A stretch of DNA of 64,000 nt, taken from IMG/VR virus record IMGVR_UViG_3300050821_006235, positions 1 to 64,000 of that record. One strand, given 5' to 3'. Shown here one piece after another: positions 45,395 through 54,103 of this stretch. The notes under the pieces are model-generated. The model was not told the origin of the DNA, did no database searches, and saw nothing but the letters and a program-made list of their open reading frames with translations. The position numbers were made by a program, and so were the translations under genes. This stretch comes from a virus. Positions within the stretch are counted from its first letter, which is position 1. Each line of letters begins with the position of its first letter.

Positions 45395-45447
45395 AACGGC
45401 CCCGCATCCTCCCGATCCCGTAGGACCGGTAAGGATGCGGGGCCGTT
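45395..45447. terminator. terminator hairpin
   Basis: AACGGCCCCGCATCCT...AGGATGCGGGGCCGTT. Confidence 0.7.
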
Positions 45448-45546
45448 TCGAATGGGCCGGCCGATGGCCTGACGCCCTGGTGGATCAAGTCTGTGTGCGG
45501 GAAGGCTACCGGCAGGGCGAACCGCAGCGGAAGCCCCGCAATACGA

Positions 45547-45585
45547 AACGCCCCACTCCCATCGTTGAGTGGGGAGTGGGGCGTT
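45547..45585. terminator. terminator hairpin
   Basis: AACGCCCCACTCCC...GGGAGTGGGGCGTT. Confidence 0.7.
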
Positions 45586-46042
45586 CGGTGCTTCCGCCCG
45601 CTTACGTCCGCGCGAAGGAAGCAGCCACGCGGTCAGCAGGATCGGGCGCCCAGACGACGCTATTTCCCTAATGGCCTGTCCGGCGTCAACCACGGTACGT
45701 CGGCCCGTAGATACAGCGCTGGTCAGGAGGTTCGGTACGCCCCGGCAAAGCCTGGGAAGTTCCCCGGGGTGCGAGCTTTCACTTGTCGATCCGCTGCCGA
45801 CGATAGCGGATCAGGCCGACAGAACGCAGCGAAACGCCCCGCTCCCCAGCCCGCGAGGGCCGAGAGAACGGGGCGGATCTACCCTTGGCGGGACGCATCG
45901 ACGATACGCCGGCACCGGGCGAGGCGGTAGAGGTCACGGGTCCGGCGTTCCGGCCCCGGAACGGATGAGGTCACGTGTGAAGGATGGGCTCATGGGGCGA
46001 TCCTATGGCGACAGTTGAAGACATCGGCCGAGTTGTTGAAGG

Positions 46043-46333
46043 TCAGGGCCGGTTAGTTGGGGTCGAGCCCGCTATCGTTGGAGTCGTCGCGGGCAGTAGC
46101 TCGCGGAAGTCGTAGACCCGGTAGCCCTCCGGACGGTGGGTCGACCGGGTCTTGCGCTGTTCAGGCGTAGGCTCATCTCGCGGCAGGGCGCGCAAGCGGG
46201 TCGTCCGGAGGTGCACCAAACGACGGCGAACCGAACCGGGACCGAACGAGACGGCAGGTACCAGTTGAATCCAGTAGGGGCCGAAGTAGGCGACCCTGAC
46301 CGCGATTAGTCGCCGCCGAGCGCCTACCTGCAC
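46043..46333 (-). CDS. hypothetical protein
   Basis: ORF only. Confidence 0.35.
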   Translation of the reverse strand: MQVGARRRLIAVRVAYFGPYWIQLVPAVSFGPGSVRRRLVHLRTTRLRALPRDEPTPEQRKTRSTHRPEGYRVYDFRELLPATTPTIAGSTPTNRP

Positions 46334-46362
46334 GGCTCACCGGCAGGGACGAGCCGTACGGG

Positions 46363-46830
46363 TCAACGATTCTCGCTCTTACGGCGGTACCCCTGCGGTC
46401 CGGTGATGACAGGCTTGCGGCGAATGCGCCGCTCCACCAGCACCGAGTTGCGGGCGTCGATCTCCCGTACCTCCTCCGCAGTCAGGGGATGCCAGTCCGG
46501 GCATTCCTCGCCGCCGATACGCCGGAAGTACTTCCCGCACGTCGTGCACTCCTGCTGGTGGAAACACGTCCAGCCCGGCTCCCACTCGCGTTCGCGGGGA
46601 CTCCAGGACGGCCGCCAACCGCACGCCGGCGTCTTCCCGCCCACGGGAGGAACGACCAGTACCGGGAGGTGCGGGCCGTGGGCGGGCTTGCAGTACGCCT
46701 TGTCCTTACGGCCTGGTGACCGTTTCGACGGGTCCCGCTCCTCGGCAACGACCACAGCGGAGCGTTCGGCCGACCGGGACGGCTCCGTCCCCCAGTCGAA
46801 CTTGCGGCGGGAATGCCTGCCTTGACGCAT
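46363..46830 (-). CDS. basic Cys/His-containing hypothetical protein
   Basis: C..H..C..CFH..CTTCG..CPDW. Confidence 0.6.
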   Translation of the reverse strand: MRQGRHSRRKFDWGTEPSRSAERSAVVVAEERDPSKRSPGRKDKAYCKPAHGPHLPVLVVPPVGGKTPACGWRPSWSPREREWEPGWTCFHQQECTTCGKYFRRIGGEECPDWHPLTAEEVREIDARNSVLVERRIRRKPVITGPQGYRRKSENR

Positions 46831-46840
46831 AGGGGCGACG

Positions 46841-47131
46841 CTACCGCCCGCAGGTCGGGCAGACGTGCTCGTTCGCAGCCTCCGGCGGCACCGAGTGCAC
46901 CCGGCAGGAGAACGACGGCTGCCGCTCCGGCTGCGTGGCCTGATTGCCGTCCACCATCCAGCGGTAGGTGCATGAGCAGCCCTGCGGAAGCGTCCACGGA
47001 ACCCCAGTCGCGGCAGCGGTCACGCCCGTTACCGTCGCCCCAACCGTGACGACGTTCGGAACCGGAGCCACTCCCACTCCCACCCCTGGCGAGGCAATCG
47101 GGTACCACGGGTAGTTGTCATTGATCGGCAT
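46841..47131 (-). CDS. small zinc-binding protein
   Basis: CSC..CRVH..CPTCGR; GAAGGGGAG RBS. Confidence 0.55.
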   Translation of the reverse strand: MPINDNYPWYPIASPGVGVGVAPVPNVVTVGATVTGVTAAATGVPWTLPQGCSCTYRWMVDGNQATQPERQPSFSCRVHSVPPEAANEHVCPTCGR

Positions 47132-47482
47132 GGGCTCCCCTTCAGTTCGCGCCGTACGCCTCGCATGCCAAGTCTGCCGCTTCACCGAGACGCTCGATCG
47201 CCTGCCGTTTGCGTTCACCCTCGGGCAGGACCGCCAGCCAGTGCAGGGCAAGCCCTCCCGCCCCATACCGCAATGCCCGCTGCCGGTCCGGCTCTCCGAG
47301 CGGGGACGCGAACATGGTCAGGACGTCGTCGAGCGCAGCGATCGGGAAGCCTTCCGGCGGGGGGTGGGCGGTACCCAGATTCTACCGGCGGGCTACGACA
47401 GGACGGGGCGGTCGGCACGTGAGCCGCTTACATTCGGCGGCACGGATTGCAAGTGGATCGCGATCGGGGTTACATCCGCAGG

Positions 47483-48385
47483 TCAGGACGCGTCGTAGCC
47501 GACCGTTGCCGCCCCGGTGTCCGCCCGTACCACCGACACACCATCCGTGGTCGCAGGGTCGGTGAAGTGCACGACCGCTTTCGTCGCGGCGGCGGTGTGC
47601 ACCGAGACCGGACCCCAGCCCTTCGCGTCGTGGACCTGGACGTGCAGCGCGGCCGACGCGCCGGGCTCGGCGAGGAACCCGATCGCGCCCTTGCACTGGC
47701 CCTTCGGCCACGAGATCGTGTCCTTGGCGTTTGCGCCGTCCTTGAGCTGTCCGTTCGGCATGTCGGTCTCCTGAGGAGTCGTCGGGGTTGGGGTCGGAGT
47801 GGGGGTCGGGGTGTGGCCGCCACCGAGGGCGAGCCACGCGGCCTTGTCGCCGTTGAACACGTCGACATCAACGCCGCCCGGTGAGCCGTACTGGTGCATC
47901 GCCCACGAAGTCCACGGGGCCGGCACGCGCGGGTGACCGGCAGGGCTGGACGGGTCGGCGATCCACAGCGGGTAGCCACCGAGGCCCGCGCAGCGGCCTT
48001 CCTGGGCGAAGGACAGGAACGTGTAGACGACCGGCCTCACACCGGTCTTGGCCTGGACGTGCTTGCACCACGCCACCGCCCACGCCGCGTCATGCGACGG
48101 CGAGGATCCGGGCGTCTCGTGGTCAAGGACCAGCCAGTCGCCCGGCTTGAGCCCTGCGGCCGTCACGATGGACAGGAAGTGGTCGGCTTCGGCGACCGGG
48201 TCGTCGCCCGTGTGCGCGAAGTGGTACGCGCCGCGGAGCGTTCCCCGCTGGGCGAGGGTCTTCCACCGGGCCGCGAACGGCGGATCGTTGTAGCCGAGAC
48301 CCTCGGTCGCCTTCTCGATGCAGAAGTCACCGGCCGGGATGGAGCCCTGGTAGGCGCTGATGTCGGTGCCGCGAAGGAAGCTCAT
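47483..48385 (-). CDS. endolysin, GH25 muramidase
   Basis: GTDISAYQ, KATEG, GAYHF, LDHE, LWIA, HQY..VDVDVF; PT linker and C-terminal domain. Confidence 0.93.
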   Translation of the reverse strand: MSFLRGTDISAYQGSIPAGDFCIEKATEGLGYNDPPFAARWKTLAQRGTLRGAYHFAHTGDDPVAEADHFLSIVTAAGLKPGDWLVLDHETPGSSPSHDAAWAVAWCKHVQAKTGVRPVVYTFLSFAQEGRCAGLGGYPLWIADPSSPAGHPRVPAPWTSWAMHQYGSPGGVDVDVFNGDKAAWLALGGGHTPTPTPTPTPTTPQETDMPNGQLKDGANAKDTISWPKGQCKGAIGFLAEPGASAALHVQVHDAKGWGPVSVHTAAATKAVVHFTDPATTDGVSVVRADTGAATVGYDAS

Positions 48386-48386
48386 C

Positions 48387-48617
48387 TCACGCCCCCGCGG
48401 CCTTGGTGACGTCCGCGACGATCGGCGCGGCGTCGTCGGCGATCTGCTCAACAGCGGGCGCGTCCTTCACCGCGACGCCTTCCAGCTTGCGGGTGTGGTC
48501 GGCCAGGGCGCGGAAGATGCGGGCGGCATCTGCGGCGAGGGTGTGCCCTTCGTCGGCCAGCCACTGCTCGGCGCGTGCCAGTGGGGACAGGTGGGAGGTG
48601 GGGGCGGGGTCGGTCAT
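48387..48617 (-). CDS. lysis-region hypothetical protein
   Basis: Operonic with endolysin. Confidence 0.6.
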   Translation of the reverse strand: MTDPAPTSHLSPLARAEQWLADEGHTLAADAARIFRALADHTRKLEGVAVKDAPAVEQIADDAAPIVADVTKAAGA

Positions 48618-49159
48618 GACGTGGTCCTCTCGGGAGTTGGCGCGGCGACCGCGCCTGTGATGTGGGAGATGAGGTCGGCGAGTACCGCGTCCTGCGCCTG
48701 GAGAGCGGCGTCCTGGACGGCGAGGTGTGCTTGAAGCTCCACGGCCTCATGGAGGATCGCCTCAGCGTCGGCATACGTCGCCGCTGCGCGCTTGTCGGCC
48801 GCAGCGCCCTGGAGGTTCTGGCCGACAAGAATCGCCGGGAGCAGGACGAGCTGAATCCAGTTCGACGACGCCCAGTTCACGATCGTGGTCGGGTCGCCGG
48901 TGGCGAACGCCGCCTTAGCTGATGCCGACGCCAGCAGGTTGAAGAGGTAGAAGCAGTACATCGTCCCAACGACGCGGGTTATGAGCATCGCCACCCGCCC
49001 GTTGAACCGGGCTATGGCGTTGCCGTCCGGGTGCTGGTCGCCGATTTTGACCGGGCCGGCGTCGCTCCGTGCATGGGCGTGCGGGTGGCGGACGTAGGCG
49101 TACACCCTCTCGCCGAGACCCACCTGGCCGTCGTGGTCGAGGTCGCGGGCATCGTCCAC
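48614..49159 (-). CDS. DUF1003-like membrane protein (holin candidate)
   Basis: FNGRVAMLITRVVGTMYCFY..IQLVLLPAILVGQN; coiled-coil tail; start uncertain. Confidence 0.7.
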   Translation of the reverse strand: MDDARDLDHDGQVGLGERVYAYVRHPHAHARSDAGPVKIGDQHPDGNAIARFNGRVAMLITRVVGTMYCFYLFNLLASASAKAAFATGDPTTIVNWASSNWIQLVLLPAILVGQNLQGAAADKRAAATYADAEAILHEAVELQAHLAVQDAALQAQDAVLADLISHITGAVAAPTPERTTS

Positions 49160-49267
49160 TACGCACCGCCCGGCTGCTGAGGTGCGACCGGTCCGCGAAC
49201 GAGATCCCAGCCCGCCCGGAAATACTTCTGAGCCACCCACGCTGGGTATATCCGATACAATTCAGTC

Positions 49268-49846
49268 ATGCCCCTCACCCTCTGCGAGCGCTGCGGAAAG
49301 CGCCGATCTCAAGGCCGGTTGTGCTATCGATGCAATGCGGTGCCAGACCCCGAGAACAACCCGCCGAAACAGTTCGGCTGCACGGGCTCCTGCGAGCGTT
49401 GCGGAAAAGAGAAGTGGATCGTTCGCGGCATCTGCCAGCACTGCGCCCGAGCCATACGCAGGGGAAACGCGCGACGCGGGAGCGAAGAGCACAAGGCGCG
49501 CATGCAGGAGATGGGCGAGCGGCAGCGGGGCGAAGGCAACCCCTCGTGGAAGGGTGGCCGCCATGTCGACAAGCATGGTTACGTGTGGATCCGCGTGACA
49601 CCCGATGATGAGATTGCCAAGGCCATGATCAGGAGCAGTACAAGGCACTACGTGCAAGAGCACCGCCTACTCATCGCTCACCTGATAGGGCGCCCGCTGG
49701 AGAGCATGGAAACGGTCCATCACATCAACGGCGAAAAATCAGACAACCGGATCGAGAATCTGAAACTCTTTGCGTCACAGAGCGAGCATCACAGGCACCT
49801 TCACCTGGAGGCCTGCCCGAACTGCGGATATGCACTTCGTCAGTGA
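49268..49846 (+). CDS. HNH homing endonuclease, antisense in lysis cassette
   Basis: NPSWKGG..GYV..YVQEHRL..LIGRPL..VHHINGEKSDNRIENL. Confidence 0.9.
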   Translation: MPLTLCERCGKRRSQGRLCYRCNAVPDPENNPPKQFGCTGSCERCGKEKWIVRGICQHCARAIRRGNARRGSEEHKARMQEMGERQRGEGNPSWKGGRHVDKHGYVWIRVTPDDEIAKAMIRSSTRHYVQEHRLLIAHLIGRPLESMETVHHINGEKSDNRIENLKLFASQSEHHRHLHLEACPNCGYALRQ

Positions 49847-50325
49847 TCCGGCGGCCCCTTAACGAGGTCCCACCCGGCTGCGAAATATTTCTGCGCGCAC
49901 CACACCGGATAGGTGATCGCGTGGACGCCGTAGTACCCGGATCTGTGATGCGTGTCGCAGAGCACCAACATGTTGCCTTCGGAGTCCAGCCAGTCCCGCA
50001 GGTGCGCGTCGTCGGCCGCGCCGAGCTCCGGGAAGTCCGCGAGGATCGCGGCGGGGTCCACTGCGTTGACCAGCGCCCACTCAACGTGCCAGTGGTGCGT
50101 TTCCATCTGTGTCGCGCCGTGCGGGTTGCTGACAGGGTCGGCGAGGGTGGACTTGCGGACACCGCAGATCCAGCACGGTTCGTCCAGCTCGCCGATCAGG
50201 TGCTCGTGGACGCGCCGATACTCCGCGGACGCCTTACGCGCCTGATGCTCCGGGTACATCACTGATTCGGTGAGGCGCCGGGTGACCTCGTGGGCGGGGA
50301 CGGGCTTGCCGACCTGGTCGGTCAT
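49840..50325 (-). CDS. His-Me finger/HNH-like protein
   Basis: CWICG..ETHH..EW..NMLVLCDTHHR..GVH. Confidence 0.65.
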   Translation of the reverse strand: MTDQVGKPVPAHEVTRRLTESVMYPEHQARKASAEYRRVHEHLIGELDEPCWICGVRKSTLADPVSNPHGATQMETHHWHVEWALVNAVDPAAILADFPELGAADDAHLRDWLDSEGNMLVLCDTHHRSGYYGVHAITYPVWCAQKYFAAGWDLVKGPPDH

Positions 50326-50765
50326 CGGCGGGTGCCTCCGATCGTGGCGATGTGGGCGACCTGGACGGCGCCGCAGGGCAGCACACCAACGGGCAGGCGG
50401 ACGGTGACGACCTGCGCCACCGGGCACCCGGCTGGGGGCGGGCTGGGGCTCGGGCGGGGATGCGGCGCCAGGGAAGGCGACGGGGCAGGCTGCGGATGTG
50501 TGATGCGGATGACCCGCTGCACCACCAGCGCACCCGGAGGGACACCACCAGACCGGGCGGGAGGGGCTGGGCTCGCAGACGCCGGCGCGGCCGTCGGCGA
50601 CACGACCGGCTGAGCAGTGCGGCGCGATAGTGCACCCACCTGGTGGCGGAGGGAGTCACGTTCGTGGACGAGTCCGGCGATCGAAGAGGCGGCAAGGTAC
50701 GCGCCTGCGACCGGGACCGCCGCTGCGGCGACGATCGCGACATCCCGCACCCACCTGGCCTTCAT
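50322..50765 (-). CDS. membrane-anchored Pro-rich lysis-region protein
   Basis: N-terminal TM, coiled coil, Pro-rich tail. Confidence 0.6.
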   Translation of the reverse strand: MKARWVRDVAIVAAAAVPVAGAYLAASSIAGLVHERDSLRHQVGALSRRTAQPVVSPTAAPASASPAPPARSGGVPPGALVVQRVIRITHPQPAPSPSLAPHPRPSPSPPPAGCPVAQVVTVRLPVGVLPCGAVQVAHIATIGGTRR

Positions 50766-51118
50766 CAGTGGCCGCCCTTCAGCCATGCGCTGACAGCCGC
50801 GACAGCGAGCGCCGCCAGGAACGTCCCGATCGAGGTGAGGAGCGCCATCCGTGACGTCTGCCGCGCCGAATGCGCTTCGGTAGCGGCCCGTTCCCGGTCC
50901 GTCTCGCCCTGCTTCTCCAGGCGCGCGATCCGCTCAGACTGTGCGGTCTGCTCGGCGTGGTACACCTCGCGGAGCACGTACTGCTGCATCTGCGCGATGA
51001 GTGTCTGGATCGCTGCGGAGTGCTGGGTTTGCATGTCCCGCAGGTCGGAGACCAGGTCTTTGTGGTTGCGTTCGATGAGTTGGTGCAACTCGCGGGGGCT
51101 TGGCTGCTCATCGCCCAC
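50765..51118 (-). CDS. coiled-coil protein with C-terminal TM (holin-associated)
   Basis: YVLREVY..RIARLE; C-terminal hydrophobic helix. Confidence 0.7.
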   Translation of the reverse strand: MGDEQPSPRELHQLIERNHKDLVSDLRDMQTQHSAAIQTLIAQMQQYVLREVYHAEQTAQSERIARLEKQGETDRERAATEAHSARQTSRMALLTSIGTFLAALAVAAVSAWLKGGH

Positions 51119-51172
51119 GGCACTCCCTAGCTTGAGGTCCAGTGGGCGGTGAGGGTGCGGTGATCGGTCGGG

Positions 51173-54103
51173 TCAGACCGGGGCGGGTGCCAAGGTGAGG
51201 GTGGTCTGCCACACGTCCGGGGCGACGCCGTGCTTGATGTCGAGCACCACGCACGGAATGGTGATCGCCGGGGCACCGATGGGCCGCCGTTTGAACGTGA
51301 CCAAGTCACCAACTTCTACCCCGAGCACGAACGTGAAGGTGTTACCCGTTTGGTCTTTCGCCGGGTCCAGCAAGACGGTGCTGACACGCTTACGCGGATT
51401 GGCGTACTGGGCCAGGTAGTAGTTCATCACGTTGGCGGTGTCGGCATCATCGGCGAAACTGACTGTTTTACCCAGCGTGCGCAGACCGTACTTGGCTATG
51501 GAGCTCTGGTTACTGACAGCAATTGAAGTCGTGGCTACAATTACATTTTGGTTGTAGGGACTGGAAGTCACACGTCCGCCGTTGTCGACCTGAACCCGGT
51601 TGTACAGATATGTGGGATCAAAGTCAATTTGGAGGCTTCCAGAATCCCCGACATAGGGAATCTCGCCCAGGTCTGGGCGATCTCCCAGTATCGCTTTGAC
51701 CGTCTGGTTAAGGGCGTTGCTTCTGGTGCGAAATTGCAGTTGTCCAGCGGCGTCTGCGAACAGCTTGCCAGCGTTGAAATCCGCGATCTGAACGATCTGC
51801 TCAGCGACGGTGCTCTGGGTCAGCTCGAAACCGGCGTTGACAGCACCGACCCCGTTGATGATTCTTGTGCCTTTCCACCCGGCTATAGCCAGCTTGCGGT
51901 CGATCACAAGGTTCTGAGGTGCAGCAGCGCCGCTAGGGAGGGCCATTTGCCCAACTATCATCGAGGTGAAAATATCGTACAACTCACCGACAGTAAGCAT
52001 CCGTGGCATGATGGCAATGTGTGCGTGGACAGCGTTCCATGTGTGGCCGCCTGTGCCATAGGAATCGACCGTGCCACCAATGTCGATCCGGTCAAAGTTG
52101 GTGACCAGGTTACAGGTACCTGAGTGGACCAATGCACCATTGAGGTAGAGATTGTACGTCGTCTGGTTGAACGTCACGGCCCAGGTACCAAAGGCGGGGG
52201 GCATGGTAAAGGTAGTGCCGCTGCTGAGCGTATCGGTAACAAGGGTTCCGGTGACCTTGTCCCATTTGTTGATAGCGGGGTAACCGATGCCTCCGTTGAC
52301 AATCTGCACCTCAAGTGTTCTGCCATGAAACCCTGGCCCCGTGGCGTTGCTTATCGCGAACACCGTAGGTCTTACGGTCGCATTCCACAGGTTTCCACTT
52401 GCACCGCCAGGGTCGAGGAGGTTATAAACCCCGCATATCGTGACGCCATTAGTGATGGACGGGAAAGTCGTGTCGTTGGCGACGAGCGCGAATCCGTGGT
52501 TCGTGTAGTCAGCTGCGGTCAGCCCGGTCTGGCTCCAGCCGGAACCTGGGTCCCCCAGAATGCTGGACGTACTGCCGAATGATGTAAAACCCTGAGTGGA
52601 GGCTCCGAATGTAGCACTCCCACTCCCGGCACCAGCTGCCGACATCTGTTGAGTGAGTACCTGTGTCCCGATTCCAGAGGAATTCTGGGCGACACTGTTC
52701 CCCGACGCGTCACTCAGTGTCCAGTACGAATGTGGGGCAGAACGGAGAATGACACCCTGAAGAGGTGTGTAGTCCTTAGACGTCAGGGTGGCGATCACGT
52801 CGATGCCGATGGCCGTGGAGTCACCCCAGTGAGGGTCGGTCCACACCTGCGGCCACCGTTCGATCCACCCGACACAGACGGGATACTGCTTGCCCATCCA
52901 CGTCGCGACGATCCGGAACGGCAAGTAGATGTCGATAGCGATACCGGCGTACTTGTCACCAGTAGCGGTAGACACCAGCGCATTACCGTTACCGTCTGCC
53001 CGGGTAAACGTCACGGTGCTCGTCCCGCCGACCGTGCTGATACCGGTCACCTGGAACACCGTGAATTCCTTCAGCGCACCACCCGAGGTGGTCAGCTGGA
53101 AGTAGTCAGTGACAGTCATCGTCGCTGAGTCGGTGCTGGAGCACACGAACGTGCTGGTCGTGCCGTTCGCCGTAGCCGTACCGGCTCCGGCCGCGCGCGG
53201 CGACAGCGCCCCGTCGTCGTTTCGCAATCTCAGATCAGTCGGCGAGGACTGGACCGAGCCCAACTCGAACTGGATGCCGCGCTCGTGACCGAACTCAGTC
53301 AACCGGTTCGGGATCGACGTCCAGGTGATCATCGGCGGAGGCGTAGACAAGTTGTACCCGAGACCGAGCTGGAAATCGACCACAGGCCAGCTGGGGTTGG
53401 TCTGCGTCGGACCCACTCCGGTGACCCGGATAGAAACCGCGACACCCGCCCAGTTGGCAGCGGCTCCGAGGGTATACGAGACAGTCTGAGCGGTAGCTGA
53501 CTCCATCCATATGGCACTTGTGGTTATTTGAGGTGTGAATCCGTAGATCCCGTTGGCGAACGTCCAGCCCCCACTCGCAGTAACCGTCGCGTTGGCGACG
53601 TCCGTGGTCACCGCCGCCACCATCAGGCAATCCGCGCCACCTGCGGGTGTAGGCAGCGTCATCGAGAAACTCGTAGTGTTGTTAGCAGTAGCCACTGCCA
53701 CGGCATCCACCGTGAGGTAACCGTTGGTCATACCGGCGATCTCAAAGATGCTCATGTAGACGGTGGCGGTGTCCGTCGAGAGAAATTGTTGGATGGCGCC
53801 GTACAGGCTCACATTGGGCCACCCGGTGTACACAATCTTCGGGCACGCCCATATCTGCGTGTGCAGAAAGGAGTTCGGGTGCTTCACGCTCGCCTGTGTC
53901 GTGGCGCTGTACAACAGCGTCCACATGTTTCGCGACCAGTCACCTACCGTCGCTGTCGGTGCGTCCGCGTTTATCGCATGCCAGTGCAGTGAGACGATCA
54001 CCCAGTTGCCGGTGGCCGGGGTGATGTTGATCTCGCAATCTACCGGAGCAGCATATCCATTGGCGGAATAGCCGTTCCAGGCGTGAGGCATCGAAAGCGC
54101 CAT
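51173..54103 (-). CDS. large minor tail protein (hub/Tal-like with LamG-like insert)
   Basis: Follows tape measure; LRLRNDDGALSP, YWTLSD, QLQFRTR, SIAKYGLR, GDLVTF. Confidence 0.85.
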   Translation of the reverse strand: MALSMPHAWNGYSANGYAAPVDCEINITPATGNWVIVSLHWHAINADAPTATVGDWSRNMWTLLYSATTQASVKHPNSFLHTQIWACPKIVYTGWPNVSLYGAIQQFLSTDTATVYMSIFEIAGMTNGYLTVDAVAVATANNTTSFSMTLPTPAGGADCLMVAAVTTDVANATVTASGGWTFANGIYGFTPQITTSAIWMESATAQTVSYTLGAAANWAGVAVSIRVTGVGPTQTNPSWPVVDFQLGLGYNLSTPPPMITWTSIPNRLTEFGHERGIQFELGSVQSSPTDLRLRNDDGALSPRAAGAGTATANGTTSTFVCSSTDSATMTVTDYFQLTTSGGALKEFTVFQVTGISTVGGTSTVTFTRADGNGNALVSTATGDKYAGIAIDIYLPFRIVATWMGKQYPVCVGWIERWPQVWTDPHWGDSTAIGIDVIATLTSKDYTPLQGVILRSAPHSYWTLSDASGNSVAQNSSGIGTQVLTQQMSAAGAGSGSATFGASTQGFTSFGSTSSILGDPGSGWSQTGLTAADYTNHGFALVANDTTFPSITNGVTICGVYNLLDPGGASGNLWNATVRPTVFAISNATGPGFHGRTLEVQIVNGGIGYPAINKWDKVTGTLVTDTLSSGTTFTMPPAFGTWAVTFNQTTYNLYLNGALVHSGTCNLVTNFDRIDIGGTVDSYGTGGHTWNAVHAHIAIMPRMLTVGELYDIFTSMIVGQMALPSGAAAPQNLVIDRKLAIAGWKGTRIINGVGAVNAGFELTQSTVAEQIVQIADFNAGKLFADAAGQLQFRTRSNALNQTVKAILGDRPDLGEIPYVGDSGSLQIDFDPTYLYNRVQVDNGGRVTSSPYNQNVIVATTSIAVSNQSSIAKYGLRTLGKTVSFADDADTANVMNYYLAQYANPRKRVSTVLLDPAKDQTGNTFTFVLGVEVGDLVTFKRRPIGAPAITIPCVVLDIKHGVAPDVWQTTLTLAPAPV

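Noticed and set aside
51173-54103. Diversity-generating retroelement target
   Set aside because: No reverse transcriptase or template/variable repeat pair noticed in the window
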